Assembly: GCF_018977255.1 (NCBI RefSeq)
Contig: NW_024704742.1
Span: 30,134,001 to 30,198,000, forward strand
Direction: 5' to 3'
Origin: Callorhinchus milii
Taxonomy: Eukaryota
Length of the DNA stretch: 64,000 nucleotides
Below, piece after piece: positions 1-12,100 of this stretch. The first letter of the stretch is position 1. Each line of letters starts with the position of its first letter. The position numbers and the translations under genes are program-made. Under the pieces are notes generated by a model. It saw nothing but the letters and a program-made list of their open reading frames with translations, was not told the origin of the DNA and made no database searches.

Positions 1-600
1 TTGGAGCGTTTTGGAGAAAGGTTTGCATAGTTAGTAGCCCAATCGAGGGAAATGACTGTAGAATATGGTCGAAGAGAAAGGTCTTTAAGGTAGTTAGGGA
101 AGTCAACAATGTCAACAGTTTCAAAGTACTGTTTTTGATGAGATGAGCTGACTTTGACTGTAAAGCAGGTAAGCTGATCTCGACCCAAAGCCAATTTTCT
201 TATAAATGGCTTGCACAAACACTTGTCAGCTATAAATCAGCATTGATCTTTACTGGTGAACCAGGGTGAGGATTGGGAATAGGAGGCAGTTCGGGAGGCG
301 AGGGGGGCAAGGGCGTCGAGTGTGGTGGAGAGGGTGCTGTGGAGGAGAGTAAATGCAGAGGATGGGGTTGGTGTGGGAGGTGAGCTAGAGGGGGAGGAGT
401 TCAGAGGACTCCAGGGCAGCGAAGAGGGATTGCGGGGAGATCTTCTTCCAGGGGTGGTAGGAGATGGTGGTAAGTTTGGAGGCAGTGGGGAGAGGGATAT
501 AGGAGTTGAGGGAGATGAAATAGTGGTCTCGGGCCCAATCACGGGTGAGGAAGGTAACCAAAGACGCAGTCAAAAAGAAAGGTCCTCTGCTGAGACCTGA
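1..600 (-). mobile_element. L2-clade LINE ORF2 fragment (endonuclease-RT linker), decayed
   Basis: Minus-strand translation LHSTLSTTLDALAPLASRTASYSQSSPWFT fits the L2/CR1 LD.hAP...PWFT linker; pyrimidine-rich sense strand typical of L2. Confidence 0.7.
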
Positions 601-1539
601 AAATGGGAAAAGAGGTGGCGAGAATAATAATAGGGGATGAGAACAATTCATTCCATCAAGTGAACCATGGCATAAAAATTATATATCTGACATAACCATT
701 TGATTGTGCCGTTGGACAATATTCTTAAAACTTGCTTTAATCATAAATTGGTCATTCATCACCTGGCTCTTTGTCAGACATGGTTTGTGCACATATTGGC
801 TGCTGAGTTTGCCTACAAATATGCAGTCACTGCACTTAATTACTGTAAAACACTTTTTCTACAATTTGACATTCTAGATGTTAAATCAAATGCAGGGATT
901 ATTTTTTATTATTATTGGTGCTCACTATTACATCCGTCAACATTTCGAGACATGCTTTATGTGAAAGGCGTTATACCTTTCACAGGATGCTATAATGTAA
1001 TGTATGCTGTCTACTTTTTTCATTGAAAAGTGTGTGCCAGCTCAGGAGTTAATTATCTGTTTTTAGATGAGAACAGGCTTCGATAGTAGTGGGATCTGGG
1101 CATCATTTTGGGATCTTTTCCATTGCCTCAACATAAGCCTTAACCATTTCATGATAGATGCTTCCAACGACCAAAAATTTGGAGATTCAATTGGGAATAA
1201 AGTATGCTAATCCTAACTAACATAGATAATATTAATCCTTACAAATGGTCTAGCAACTTTAATGTCGGGAGGACATCCCAAAGCGCTTTGCAGAATATAC
1301 TGTAAAGTCACTGTTTTGTAGGTGACAATTTTACACAAAGCAATGTCCCAGACAACCACAGAGTGAATAAAGTAGATGTTCTTTCAATGAGTGGGGTGTC
1401 TTTATATGAAGAATCAAAGAAAAATAGAAATATGGAAGGAATGTGATTTTCAGTGTCGTAATTAGAAGGGTTATCATTATTACGTTGGCAGATATTCTGC
1501 TCCTGAAAATATCCCAGTGGATTAGCTCATCAGGTAAAC

Positions 1540-1795
1540 TCCCCTTCTGCCCCCACACTCTGGAACTCTATCCCGCAATCCCTCCACCTCACCCCCTCTC
1601 TTCCCTCCTTCAAGTTCGGTCTGAAGACCTTTCTCTTCGACTGTGACTTCGGCCACCTTCCCACCCCCACCTCCCCTGCACTCCACCTCTCCTGACTCCA
1701 ACTCCCAGCTCAGGTCCAAAACCCAATTGTCCACTGCCCTGGGACGTCTTTCCGACGTGAAGGGCGCTATACAAGTGTAATTTGTTGTTGTTGTT
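1540..1795 (+). mobile_element. L2 3' end fragment
   Basis: ctctggaactct...gggacgtctttccgacgtgaagggcgctatacaagtgtaatt(tgt)n; similar to the 3' end of the L2 at 33755-34730. Confidence 0.8.
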
Positions 1796-2499
1796 CAGAA
1801 GTTCTATTTAAGCCCTGATAACATTTTTAAATGGAGAGGTTTTATGTCAGGTCACTCGTTGCCCCCATTTTACCTGAAAATCCTGAGCCCTTTCAGGGAG
1901 CCAATCTGCAATGGTTGGTCTATTTTTTTGGCTGCCGGGTCTTGATGATACATGTGGAAACCCATCAACATGTTTAAGAACATCCAAACCAAACTGAGAA
2001 TTCCTTGCATCCCACTAGTTGGCTGTAAAAACTGACTTTCCTAGACCAGTAGGGGTTAGCAGGATTAATGTGGTCTCTCTGCCTAAATCCGTTGCAAAAT
2101 TCAGAGTGAAAAACTAGGTCAAAAGATATCATCGAGTCACTTGGGCATAACTTCAAAATTATAAAATGGATTTTCTTCATTCCCCAAACAATAACTGACT
2201 TTTGTCACATGCTTTTTTCTGAAAGTGAAACTGGCTTAATCCTTGAGCTAGGACATTTTTTGCAGGATTTGCTTCTCAATACTGTACAAAGCTTGAAGAA
2301 TTCCACTGAATAGTACCACCGCAGTGGTGGGAATGATGTGAGTGGTGGCAAATTTCAGGAAATGGTCTAATTTGCACCTTTTGCACATTGCTTGCATCAA
2401 CAACAACTTGCATTTATATAGGATTCTTCATGCTGGTATCATCTCAGAGTGTTTAAAGCTAAGTGATTTTAGTTAGTTGAACTCTAACACACACTTTCT

Positions 2500-2705
2500 G
2501 GGGTCCTCGAGTCTTTACCAACTTGTCTTTGACCCTTGGCTCCTTCAAGGACCGTCTCAAGACCCTCCTCCTCGACCGTGCTTTGGGTCACCCACCTACT
2601 GCTACCCTCCTGCCCTTCACCCCTCCTGATCCCAATCCTCAGCTCGGGTGCAAATCCATGGGACATCTTCCTGACATAAATGGCGAGATACAAATGTAAT
2701 TTGTG
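2500..2705 (+). mobile_element. L2 3' end fragment
   Basis: ccttcaaggaccgtctcaagaccctcctcctcgaccgtgc...caaatgtaatttgt, as in the other L2 tails. Confidence 0.7.
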
Positions 2706-3604
2706 CCTGATACTCTCTGGTATTAGTTAAGCTGGGTGCACCTCTCCAGGGAGAGAGTGCGCATTCCATTCCAGACAGAGAAATTTCCATGTGTTGGTGG
2801 TTTACATGGGTGGAACTCACAGGATATAGTGTACAATGGTATGACTGTATTTTGTGGGCGAAAGCAACAGCCAAAGTGCCTTGGAAGTGAATGTCGCAGC
2901 TGACCTTGTGTTCATTGCCCATTCTGACACAGTGCTTGGATTTATGTCTCTCTAAAATTGCACGTTATAATGGGGTTCTTCTGTATTTATTTCACTTGAT
3001 CAGCCTTGGATCAAGATCTTTATTCTATTTTAGAAATCTTGTTTTAAATATTTTACATTTTGTTTGTTTGCCAAACAGCTGGTTGGATATTTCCTTTCTA
3101 ATGTTTTTGTTTGGTACTTCTCCCACCCACATATTTATTGCCCTTTTAATGTTTTGTTTCGGTGCAAAACTGCCTCCCACAGAGGAAAAGAAGGATGGTC
3201 TGAGCTACAGAGAGGTATATACTGTGTGACTAAACACGTTTGAACATTATGAAGCTTTGACCTTTCACTGATATGAATCATGACTTACATTTACAGTGGT
3301 TGGCTCAATATTTTTCTTCTGTTTTTCACACCTTTAGTCTGAATAACTTAATGGCAGCAAATCTCAGGGTTTATTTTGCTCACAGACTGTAACAGTCACT
3401 TTCCCGAGCCAGGCAGGTACAAACACATACAGTTCAAGCAGCAGGAGGTGAAACCTCTGCAGCTCATCAGCGACATAACAGACTCCTTACACAAATGCAA
3501 TTGTGGAGGGTTGCAGGTGATTGACTTAGCAGTCAATGTCCCGAAACCCCTCAACATGTGAGCTTACAATTCCCCACTGATGTAGATGCTACCAACCCTC
3601 AGGC

Positions 3605-3938
3605 CAGCCAAGTGAGAGGACCCAGGTTCAATTCCTGGGCAAGTCAAGTTTCCTTACTCCACACGCCTCTGTTTAAAATGTAATTTTGTTGTTGTTGTTT
3701 AACTAGCAGTAAGTAAGAACCCAGTCGTTAGTCAATTGGTGGATCGCTTTCTGGAGACGCCCCCAAAAATGTGATAACTCAATCCATGACTGTATGTGAG
3801 ACACTGCTGTGCACAATTAGCTACCATGTTTCACCCACAAAATACATAGTCAATTCACTTTACAATATATTCTGTGAAGCCCTTTGAGACATCTTAAAGA
3901 CGTGATAAGGCGCTGTATCAAATGCAAGGATTATTATA
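3605..3938 (+). mobile_element. tRNA-derived SINE, long variant, decayed head
   Basis: B-box ggttcaattcc, then tttccttactccacacgcctctgttta, ctagcagtaagtaagaaccc, and tail aatgcaaggattatta. Confidence 0.8.
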
Positions 3939-4589
3939 AGCACTCTGAGACGCTGCCCTATGTGTAGGGCGCCATATAAATGCAAGTTGTTGCTGTTGTT
4001 TTAAGCCGGCACAGGCAAGAACTTGTGGGGAATGTAATTACCTCTGCGCTATCACAGTCACAAAGCACTATTCAGGATGAGATCATTTAGAAATTAAGTG
4101 AATGTTGTTATCGAGGCAAATGGGGTATCTAATGTGTACTGTACTCAGCAACTTCCTGCAAGCAACAATGTGCTGAGAAAGTATAGGGCGAGCCATGTTA
4201 ATGACGCGTTGTTTTGGTTTCGTAAAATTAGAGCTTGTGTTACATTAGAACCTTGAAAAAAAATGGGCCTGTGGTCCCACTTCAGATCTCCACTGTTGTC
4301 ACTTCCAGGATGGACTGGTCAGTTCCCTGTGCACATGTGCAGGAAACCTATTAATCAGCCATGACTGCTCTTGCCAGTGTTTATAGCATTTCTGGTAACC
4401 CACCCGAGGGCACCATAGCAGACTCACACTCTCGTGAGACGCTTTAGAGCAGGATCATTCTGGAATTCATTTGAATTACAACCTTGTGTAATGAATTAGA
4501 GTTCGAGTGCAAGTTGTGTAACAATTCATTAGTAAATGCGTAGTTTTAAATATATGTGGTTTCGGTTCCTCTGTTCTCAAGTTCTCAAC

Positions 4590-4898
4590 TCCATACTGTA
4601 GCTCAGTGGTAAGAGAACTCATCTCGCAAGCGAGAGACCTGGGTTCGATTCCCAGCAGGGCGAAATCTTGGGCAAGTTTCCTTACTCCACAGGCCTGATA
4701 ATAATCCCTCAAGAAAAAAAATACAATAATAAAATTGATCACTTCAATCCACGACTATTTGTGGGACACTGCTGTGTGCAATTGGCTGCTGTGTTTTGCC
4801 CACAAATATACGGTCAATTCACTTTACAGTATATTCTGTGAAGCGCTTTGAGATGTCTACGAGACGTGAAAAGCGCTATATCAAATGCAAGGATTATT
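4590..4898 (+). mobile_element. tRNA-Ala-derived SINE, short variant, near full length
   Basis: A-box tagctcagtgg, B-box ggttcgattcc, body tgtgggacactgctgtgtgcaattggctgc, tail gtgaaaagcgctatatcaaatgcaaggattatt. Confidence 0.9.
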
Positions 4899-5652
4899 CA
4901 GAGACACCAACTCAATGACTTGATAAACCGCTATATCAAATGCAATGATTATTATTATAGATGGGTCCAAGCCCCAGAGATGAGAGGTAGTTTTCATATT
5001 TTCAAGAATGAGACATTGTCTAAACAAAGTAGAAATGTCTGGATGATTTCATCTGGTCGAGAATACTTCCACAGCAGCTTTTAAAAGCACAGGCATTAAA
5101 TTAAAAACAGACGATTAAAACTGTCAACAAGAGGGATGAGGAGAGGAATGTATATGTAGAAGTAGTGAGGAGGTAATGAAGAGAAGAAGTGCGCTCAGGC
5201 TTCTCATCTAAGCTACAGGCGACCAGAGCTAAATGTGAAAAGGTACTTTTAAAAAAAAATGAAGAAATATTGAATTGTTTTGTCTGAAGTATAGCACTTC
5301 AAAATGTAGTATCGAATGCAAGGATTATTATTATCATCTGTTTTCTTTTGGCCCAGTTCAAAAGATTCCTCTGTTTTGATTTACTAAACCACAGGAGGAG
5401 TGGGGTGTAAGCAGGTCAGAGCGTTAAAGAGGTGTCAGGGCATGAAGAGATTTGGTTGTGACTGTAAGATTCCCGAAATTGATCTGAATAGGTAAGTGGA
5501 CTGATTTAAAAACAGCTTGATGCTGTGATGGGGATAGGACGGGGGTTCTGGAATAATGTGAACAATGGGCCGAAAGGCTTGCTTCATCCAAACCAATCAT
5601 GATCTTGTGAATACAACGTGAAAGTGCAGTGCTGTGAAGGTGAACCCGACCC

Positions 5653-5755
5653 CACCAACAACAACAACACAATTACATTTGTACAGCGCCTTTCACGTCG
5701 GGAGGACGTCCCAAGGCCCTGGACAGACAAAGTTACGGACCCCAGCTGGGGTTAG
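5653..5755 (-). mobile_element. L2 3' tail fragment
   Basis: (caa)n...cagcgcctttcacgtcgggaggacgtcccaaggccctggacag is the reverse complement of the L2 tail. Confidence 0.8.
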
Positions 5756-6527
5756 CCTAGATGTTTCAGATGTTGATTGGGTTGCTTTCATTTCCAGAAT
5801 CAACTGGTTTGATTTGAAGGGAAATTGTATTAGAAACAGTCTTACTTGACGATGGAATTGGTCTCGATACGGCTCTACGCAAAAATTCCTGACTGACATT
5901 TCTCAGTCTACTCCCAACTTCCTTTTCAGTCAATGCTCATCAGCTTCTTAAGAAATTGACGGAGGCGAGGTAAAACTACAAACTGGATTTTGTTTCAGGT
6001 TGTTCAGGTTCAGTGACTGAGAAAGAATTCAATGCACAAGGAGTATTTAGCATACACTATGGGACAGAGAGAACATGTTTCCTCCTCGCCTGACTGGATT
6101 ATAGAAACTCAGGTCAGCAAAAGTGTCCCAAGATATTCAAATGTTATATTAACGATACAATTATTCACAAGTGGTGAGAAACAACAATCAGATGTTAGTT
6201 TTTTTGCTACAAAAAAAACTTCCCCTGACACCAGCACAAAGGGTCTCTTGTGGGAACTGTGCAATTTAGCTATAAAAATAGAAACAGAAAGAGAAGAAGC
6301 ATTTAGTTCATCAAGCCTACCCAATGCCCAGAACCTGCACAATCTACTTTTAATCACTGTGACTAACATTAGCGATGGCAACACTCTGGGAGCAAACTGC
6401 TGTTTTCTGTACAGAGGTGTGGGTTTTAGGTGAATGTGAAATGTGAGGTTCCCCTGCCTCTCTCTTATTGTGTTATTAGTTCACACATTATCACATATAA
6501 TTTTTCTCCTCTCTTTTAATTTTTTTA

Positions 6528-7085
6528 AATAATAATAATCCTTGCATTTGTAATAGCTCCTTATTATGTAGTTGAGACGTTTCAAAGCGCTTCACAGGAT
6601 ATACTGTAAAGTGTAGTGAATATGTATTTCACTACACTTTACAGTATATTCTGTGAAGAGCTTTGAGACATCTCGAAAAGACATGATAAGGCTCTATCTC
6701 AAATGCAAGGATTATTAATATTATAATAATTTGGGCACTCAATCCACGACTGGTTGTGGGACATTGCTGCATGCAATTGGCTGCTGCGTTTCACCCACAA
6801 AATATACAGTCAATTCACTTTAGATGTCTTGAAGAAATGATAAGGCACTATGTCAAATACAAGGATTATTATTATATTATTATATATGGATTGACCCTGC
6901 CTTTGGCCACCCTCTCACTCCCCCGCCCCCCTCCAACCTCCACTCCTCCTGACCCCAACTCCCAGTTCGGGACCAAAAACCCCTGACTGTCCAGCGCCCT
7001 GGGATGTTTTTTTTCGATGTGAAGGGCGCTAAGTGTAATTTTTGTTGTTGTATTTTGTGGGTGAAATGCGGCATCCAATTGCGCA
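6528..7085. mobile_element. Cluster of SINE/L2 tail fragments: two inverted SINE tails (6528-6722), partial + SINE (6730-6880), + L2 tail (6890-7050), - SINE fragment (7051-7085)
   Basis: Each piece matches the SINE or L2 tail motifs seen elsewhere in the window. Confidence 0.8.
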
Positions 7086-8486
7086 ATTTTAATTAAAATT
7101 CTTTCTCAGTTTTTAAATTTTTTAAAATTAATTTTTTTCAGCAAGTAACTAAGAGAGAGAACAGAATCCAGCTCAGGTCATTGTCACATTACATAGGTTG
7201 TTGTTGTCGTTCACATAACACATCAATGTGCTGCTACAGATTGACACAATGTGGGGTCTTACTTCTGAGTCCTCACAGAATGATTTGAACTCTTATCTTT
7301 CTACGAGGTGTTGTTTCCTTCTGTGTGGAGATAATGTTTAAGAATCTACTGGAGTCACTTGTGTGATAACATCACCAGTCAAGCCTTGCAGAGATTGCCT
7401 GCCACGCCTGCACCTAGCAATAAATAATGCAGGGTTGTACAGGGCTTATAGGAAAGAATTATACACAAGAATATTCAAGGCTGTAGAGATACAGAATTAT
7501 CCGGTGCTCAATGAAGAATATACAATCCTGATGGATTTGTATATATATGTGTGTGTGTGTGTTTGGGGGTGGGGGTGTAGATTTGCATATCTCTGACCTA
7601 TTGAATAACTGATTGAGGTGAGTCGTGGGACACGGAGGCAGAGGACAGCAGAGAACAGTCAATAGCTAACTTTCCTCAGACGATTGTTCCACAACAAAAC
7701 AAGCAAAAATAAAACTGAGTAAATGTCAGTGCTGCCTGCGCTTCATTCTGCTTTCCACTTCAAAATGTTATGCTTCCTTCTTACCCCCGTTGTCCGCCTA
7801 CAGAAATGACACAGCCACAATACTTTACAGTAAACCCTGTGAAGCAATTTGAAAGGTATTGTATGCAATGCAATGATTATTATTAATATTATTTATCATT
7901 ATCATTGTATGATAATTAATAAAAAGGTTTCATATCTTGGGATATTTTCAAGACATTAAACTGGATCTATTTTTGCAATATTCACAAAATGATTTTGCTG
8001 TAAGATTCTACTCATCATCATGACACTGATTCTACTGTAAATAGAGGGTCTTACACATCACGATTTGAGGCTGATCTCAGCTTCAAATTTTTTACGTTAA
8101 AGTACTGTCTGTGTATTACCACTCGAGAAGTCGCAGAAAGAAAAACAGAAGCTCTGATGGGACTCTTCCTGATCTAGGTTTCTAACAACAACAACAGCAA
8201 CTTGCATTTATATAGCACCCTTCACACTGGGCAGTGTCTCGGAGCACTAGCCCTCTCAGTCTACACTTAGTGTTGAACATCCTGACTCAAGTTCAGTTTT
8301 ATTTTTCCCCATTTCTGCCTTTTTTTAAACAAACTTTTCCTCCTTTTGCTTTTGTCTTCCTCAATTTTTAATTTCACATGATGCTTGTTTGCTGCTACAG
8401 ATTAACTATTGCATTTTCTTACATAACATCCTACATTGCATACAATTGTATTATTTGTTTCCAGATCATCGGACCATTCGTTGTAT

Positions 8487-9135
8487 TATGAGGGATACCC
8501 CAAAAGTAATGCCTATTTATTTTGTGAAGAATGGTAAGTGGTACAGTAATAAAAAACATACACAAGATACTTTTATATATCCAGGCCCTACTGTGAAAGT
8601 TATGTTTACTTCTGACAAGATGGAGGCACCTGAAAGCAGTTCAAAATGGTGCTCAGCATTGATACACATGTTAAGCAGAGAATGGTCATTGAATTTCTCA
8701 CAGCTGAGGGGATTTTGCTAATTGAGATTCATTATTGCATGATTAAAGTCTATGGATAGTTATGTGTTGATGCGAGTACTGTACTGTAAGACGTTGGGTA
8801 AATAGTGTGAAAAGTGGAGAAACTAAACTTCAAGATAGATCTTGCACCAGGCGGAAGGCAACAGCTGTTAATTAAGAGAATAACAATATAATAATAATCC
8901 TTGAATTTGATACAGCACCTTATCACATCTTCAAGAAATATAAGAATACACAGAAAGTTGATGAACTGATTCACAAAGATTCACACATTACTCAGTGTGA
9001 GTTGAGTGAGTCTCTGTATTGGTTATCATGCCATAGAGATGATTATTGGTAACCCTGGCTACTCTAAATTTGTGCTCAGTGGGTTCCACAAATTTTAACC
9101 ATGTTTCACAAGGAAACCAGAAAGGCTATTTGCAT
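8487..9135 (+). mobile_element. Decayed mariner (Tc1/mariner) DNA transposon, 5' part, interrupted by a SINE tail at about 8885-8940
   Basis: TA then TGAGGGATACCCCAAAAGTAATGCC (TIR-like start). Frameshift-corrected translation KQRMVIEFLTAEGILLIEIHYCMIKVYG*LCVDASTV/RRWVNSVKSGETKLQDR...QKVDELIHKDSHITQCELSE...CAQWVPQILT shows the mariner HTH region and WVP linker motif. Confidence 0.85.
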
Positions 9136-12100
9136 ATCATGTTTGTCTATGCAAAGTTTTGTAAATTAACGATGAAAGAAATTTGAGAAAATAGAGAGGA
9201 GGCATTGTTTTCACGTCGCTCGTATTAATTTTAAGTTCTGTCTGTCTTGTGATTCAAAGGGTCTTCCCTGCCATTGCTATTTCAAAGATATGTAAAGTCT
9301 TTCTCCCAGTTAACTTGGTTTATATTCTCCTCCTAATCCAAATTCCGCTCCCCCAAGACCTTTCACTTTATGAAATACAGACAACATTTCCCTGATTCCC
9401 TTTAGGCAATAAGGACTCTTTGGGACGTGAAAGGCACTTTCCAAATGTAATTTTGGTGTTGTTCTTGTAGGCAATATCCTCAAGTCCACGGCTTAAGCTC
9501 AATACCCTCCTTTCTTCAAGGGTGAGACCATAGAGTCAATTACTGAAAAAAGCCTAAACTACAAAATAACAGTCACTACATTTTAACGTAAATCCTATGA
9601 AATGCTTTGAGACGTCCTTCCATTGGAAAGGCACTATACTAAATGCAAGGATTATTATTATTTAGACACATAGCAGACAGAATCAAAGCAGAACAATCCT
9701 TGTTCTTAAAAGTAAGTATGACGATTATCAATGACCTCTGTGATGTTGATATAGATAGGTTATGAGGTGGATTGGTTCTTTACACAATGCCAGAGTATGA
9801 GGTAAATGCCTATGGCTTCTACATAGCAACATCTCAATCTCTCCAATGATGATCAAGGGACTTGATGAGCTCAGGACAAGCACTTCTATAGGTAGAAAAA
9901 ATCAGTGGAGAGGTTGCACATATAATAACCTTGCAAATGTATTAGTGTTTCAGTCAGAGCATTATTGACAGAAGTTTTGGAGAGTGCAGATTGCCTGTGA
10001 TTCCGTTGGGAAATGAAGGTTCATCTTTGTCAAGCACTCCAAAATGTTATCCTATGTGAAGAATGCTATGTCAATGCAAGCTGTTGTTGTGCAGTGTCAG
10101 TCTAGACTAAGTGCTTATATGGGGCGTGAACCCACAAACTCAGTGGCAGTGAGAGGAAATTCTGACTAAAAACAATTAACCACAGAGGTTTGGAGATGCA
10201 CTTATTTTATCCTGTACCATCTGCGTCACTTGTTCATCAGACACACAGTGTATGTAGGTCAGGTTTTTATCAATCACAGAAATTACATCATTGCATTTAG
10301 AACACCAATAGAGTCCTGTGCCACTTAGTGTGATCAGGCCCCGCATTTGGTGTGGTAATCTAACCCATGCAAAGTAACTGTCAAGCTGCGGTTTCTTCTA
10401 TTTTACCATCTCAAGGAAAGTAAGGACATTCAGAAAGTGGTAATGATCAGCCTTAACCACTTTTCAGGCCTGTACCTCACTAGCACCCTCAGGACTTGTT
10501 TTTAGCATATTGTGTGGGAGTGAAAGTAATAATGGTTAGAGAATAATTTTCTGATTCAAAATGAGATTCACAATATACCGCCTACAGGTTTTAATGCCTA
10601 CAGATATTAAGACAGATTGCTTCTGAATTACACTGCAGGTATCTAATCTTTAACCTCAATCGCTGCCTAAATGTTAGAGAAGTGCTTAGCTCTACACTTC
10701 CTGTATAGCAATCCTTCCTGGCCTGCATGTGTTCGACTTTGTAATGTTTTGACCAAGGCTTGTTGAGTAAAGGTGCAGCGCTCACTATTACAGACTGGAA
10801 GGTGGCAAGTTTGAATACTGGTCTGTGCTGAATGTCAAATCTCAACCAGTAGGTGTGGTATGATTGGCCTCAGCACCCACAGAACTGTGTTTATCCTCAC
10901 AAATTGTCAGTCAAAATCCTCATCTCAGCTATGCTAGATCGCACCTGCGTGTCTCGCATCAGAGAGGAAAGAAACATTAATTAACAATAAGATTAAGACA
11001 TGAACATTAACTTTAAAAAAGACAGCGCAGGCATTCTTGGGCTGAACGGCCTTCTGTTCTGTATGGTACTGTAGTCCCAACTCACTCTCAAACATCTCCT
11101 TGTGGCCAACATAAAAGCTGTAGCAAACTAACTGCTGTCTTCACGAATGGGAACGGTGTGTGAAAAAAATTCATAACCGACTCACAGAAACATTTCCTCA
11201 ACTCAATCTGTTTTTGAGGTAAGGTTATTAATAACCCTTGCATTTGATTTAGGGCCTTTCGCATGGGAGAATCTCTCAAAGCACTTCATGTAAGTGACTC
11301 TATGTGTAGGCAAACCCAGCAGCCAATTTGTGCACAGCAATGTCCCACAAACAGCTTTGAAGTGAATGATTGATTATATTTGGGGGCCTGGACCCTGGGA
11401 GAAAATCCCTTCTCTGAAGGTACTCTTGAATTACAGTGACCTGCAAGACTGAAATGAGTCATAAAGAAATCATTCAAAATCGAAACTCTAATTTGTTTGG
11501 AAAAACTCTTAGAAAGAAATAAGCTTAAGCAGAAGAATACTGAAACCTGGATGATTTAGACATAAAGTAGGGCAAAGGGTTTGGGTGTCATTTCACATGC
11601 TGAGAGATTGAGTGTGTATTCCATTTAAACACGGGAATCTCCAGTGTAGGTGACATACATAGAATTCTTAGTCAGGTTTGGATACTCTTCAGTACGGTGA
11701 TGGTACATGTGTCAGACCCAGCTGACGGACTAAAAAAAAATTCAGATGCTTTTTAATTTTTTATTCAGTAGCGTCTCAAGTGACTGACTTTCTTGCTCAG
11801 ATGTATTTTGAATATGGAATATACAAAACCAGCCCCAAAAAGTTCAAAATAAGCCAGTATTATATAAAATAAATAAAAGTATAATTTAGTCTCTGACTCT
11901 GACCTACATAAACCACCGCTAACTCACGCAGTCTGTAAGATTACTGGAACCACTCGATTCAATCAGAGTCTCGCCTCTCTTGGCTTTTAGCATTTGGGAG
12001 CCCAGATATTCACAATTCCATCCGTGGGATGAGCATCACTAAAACACAGGCTGAGCCCACGAAGGTAACAATTGAACTGGTTTGTCGTACACATTTTGTG

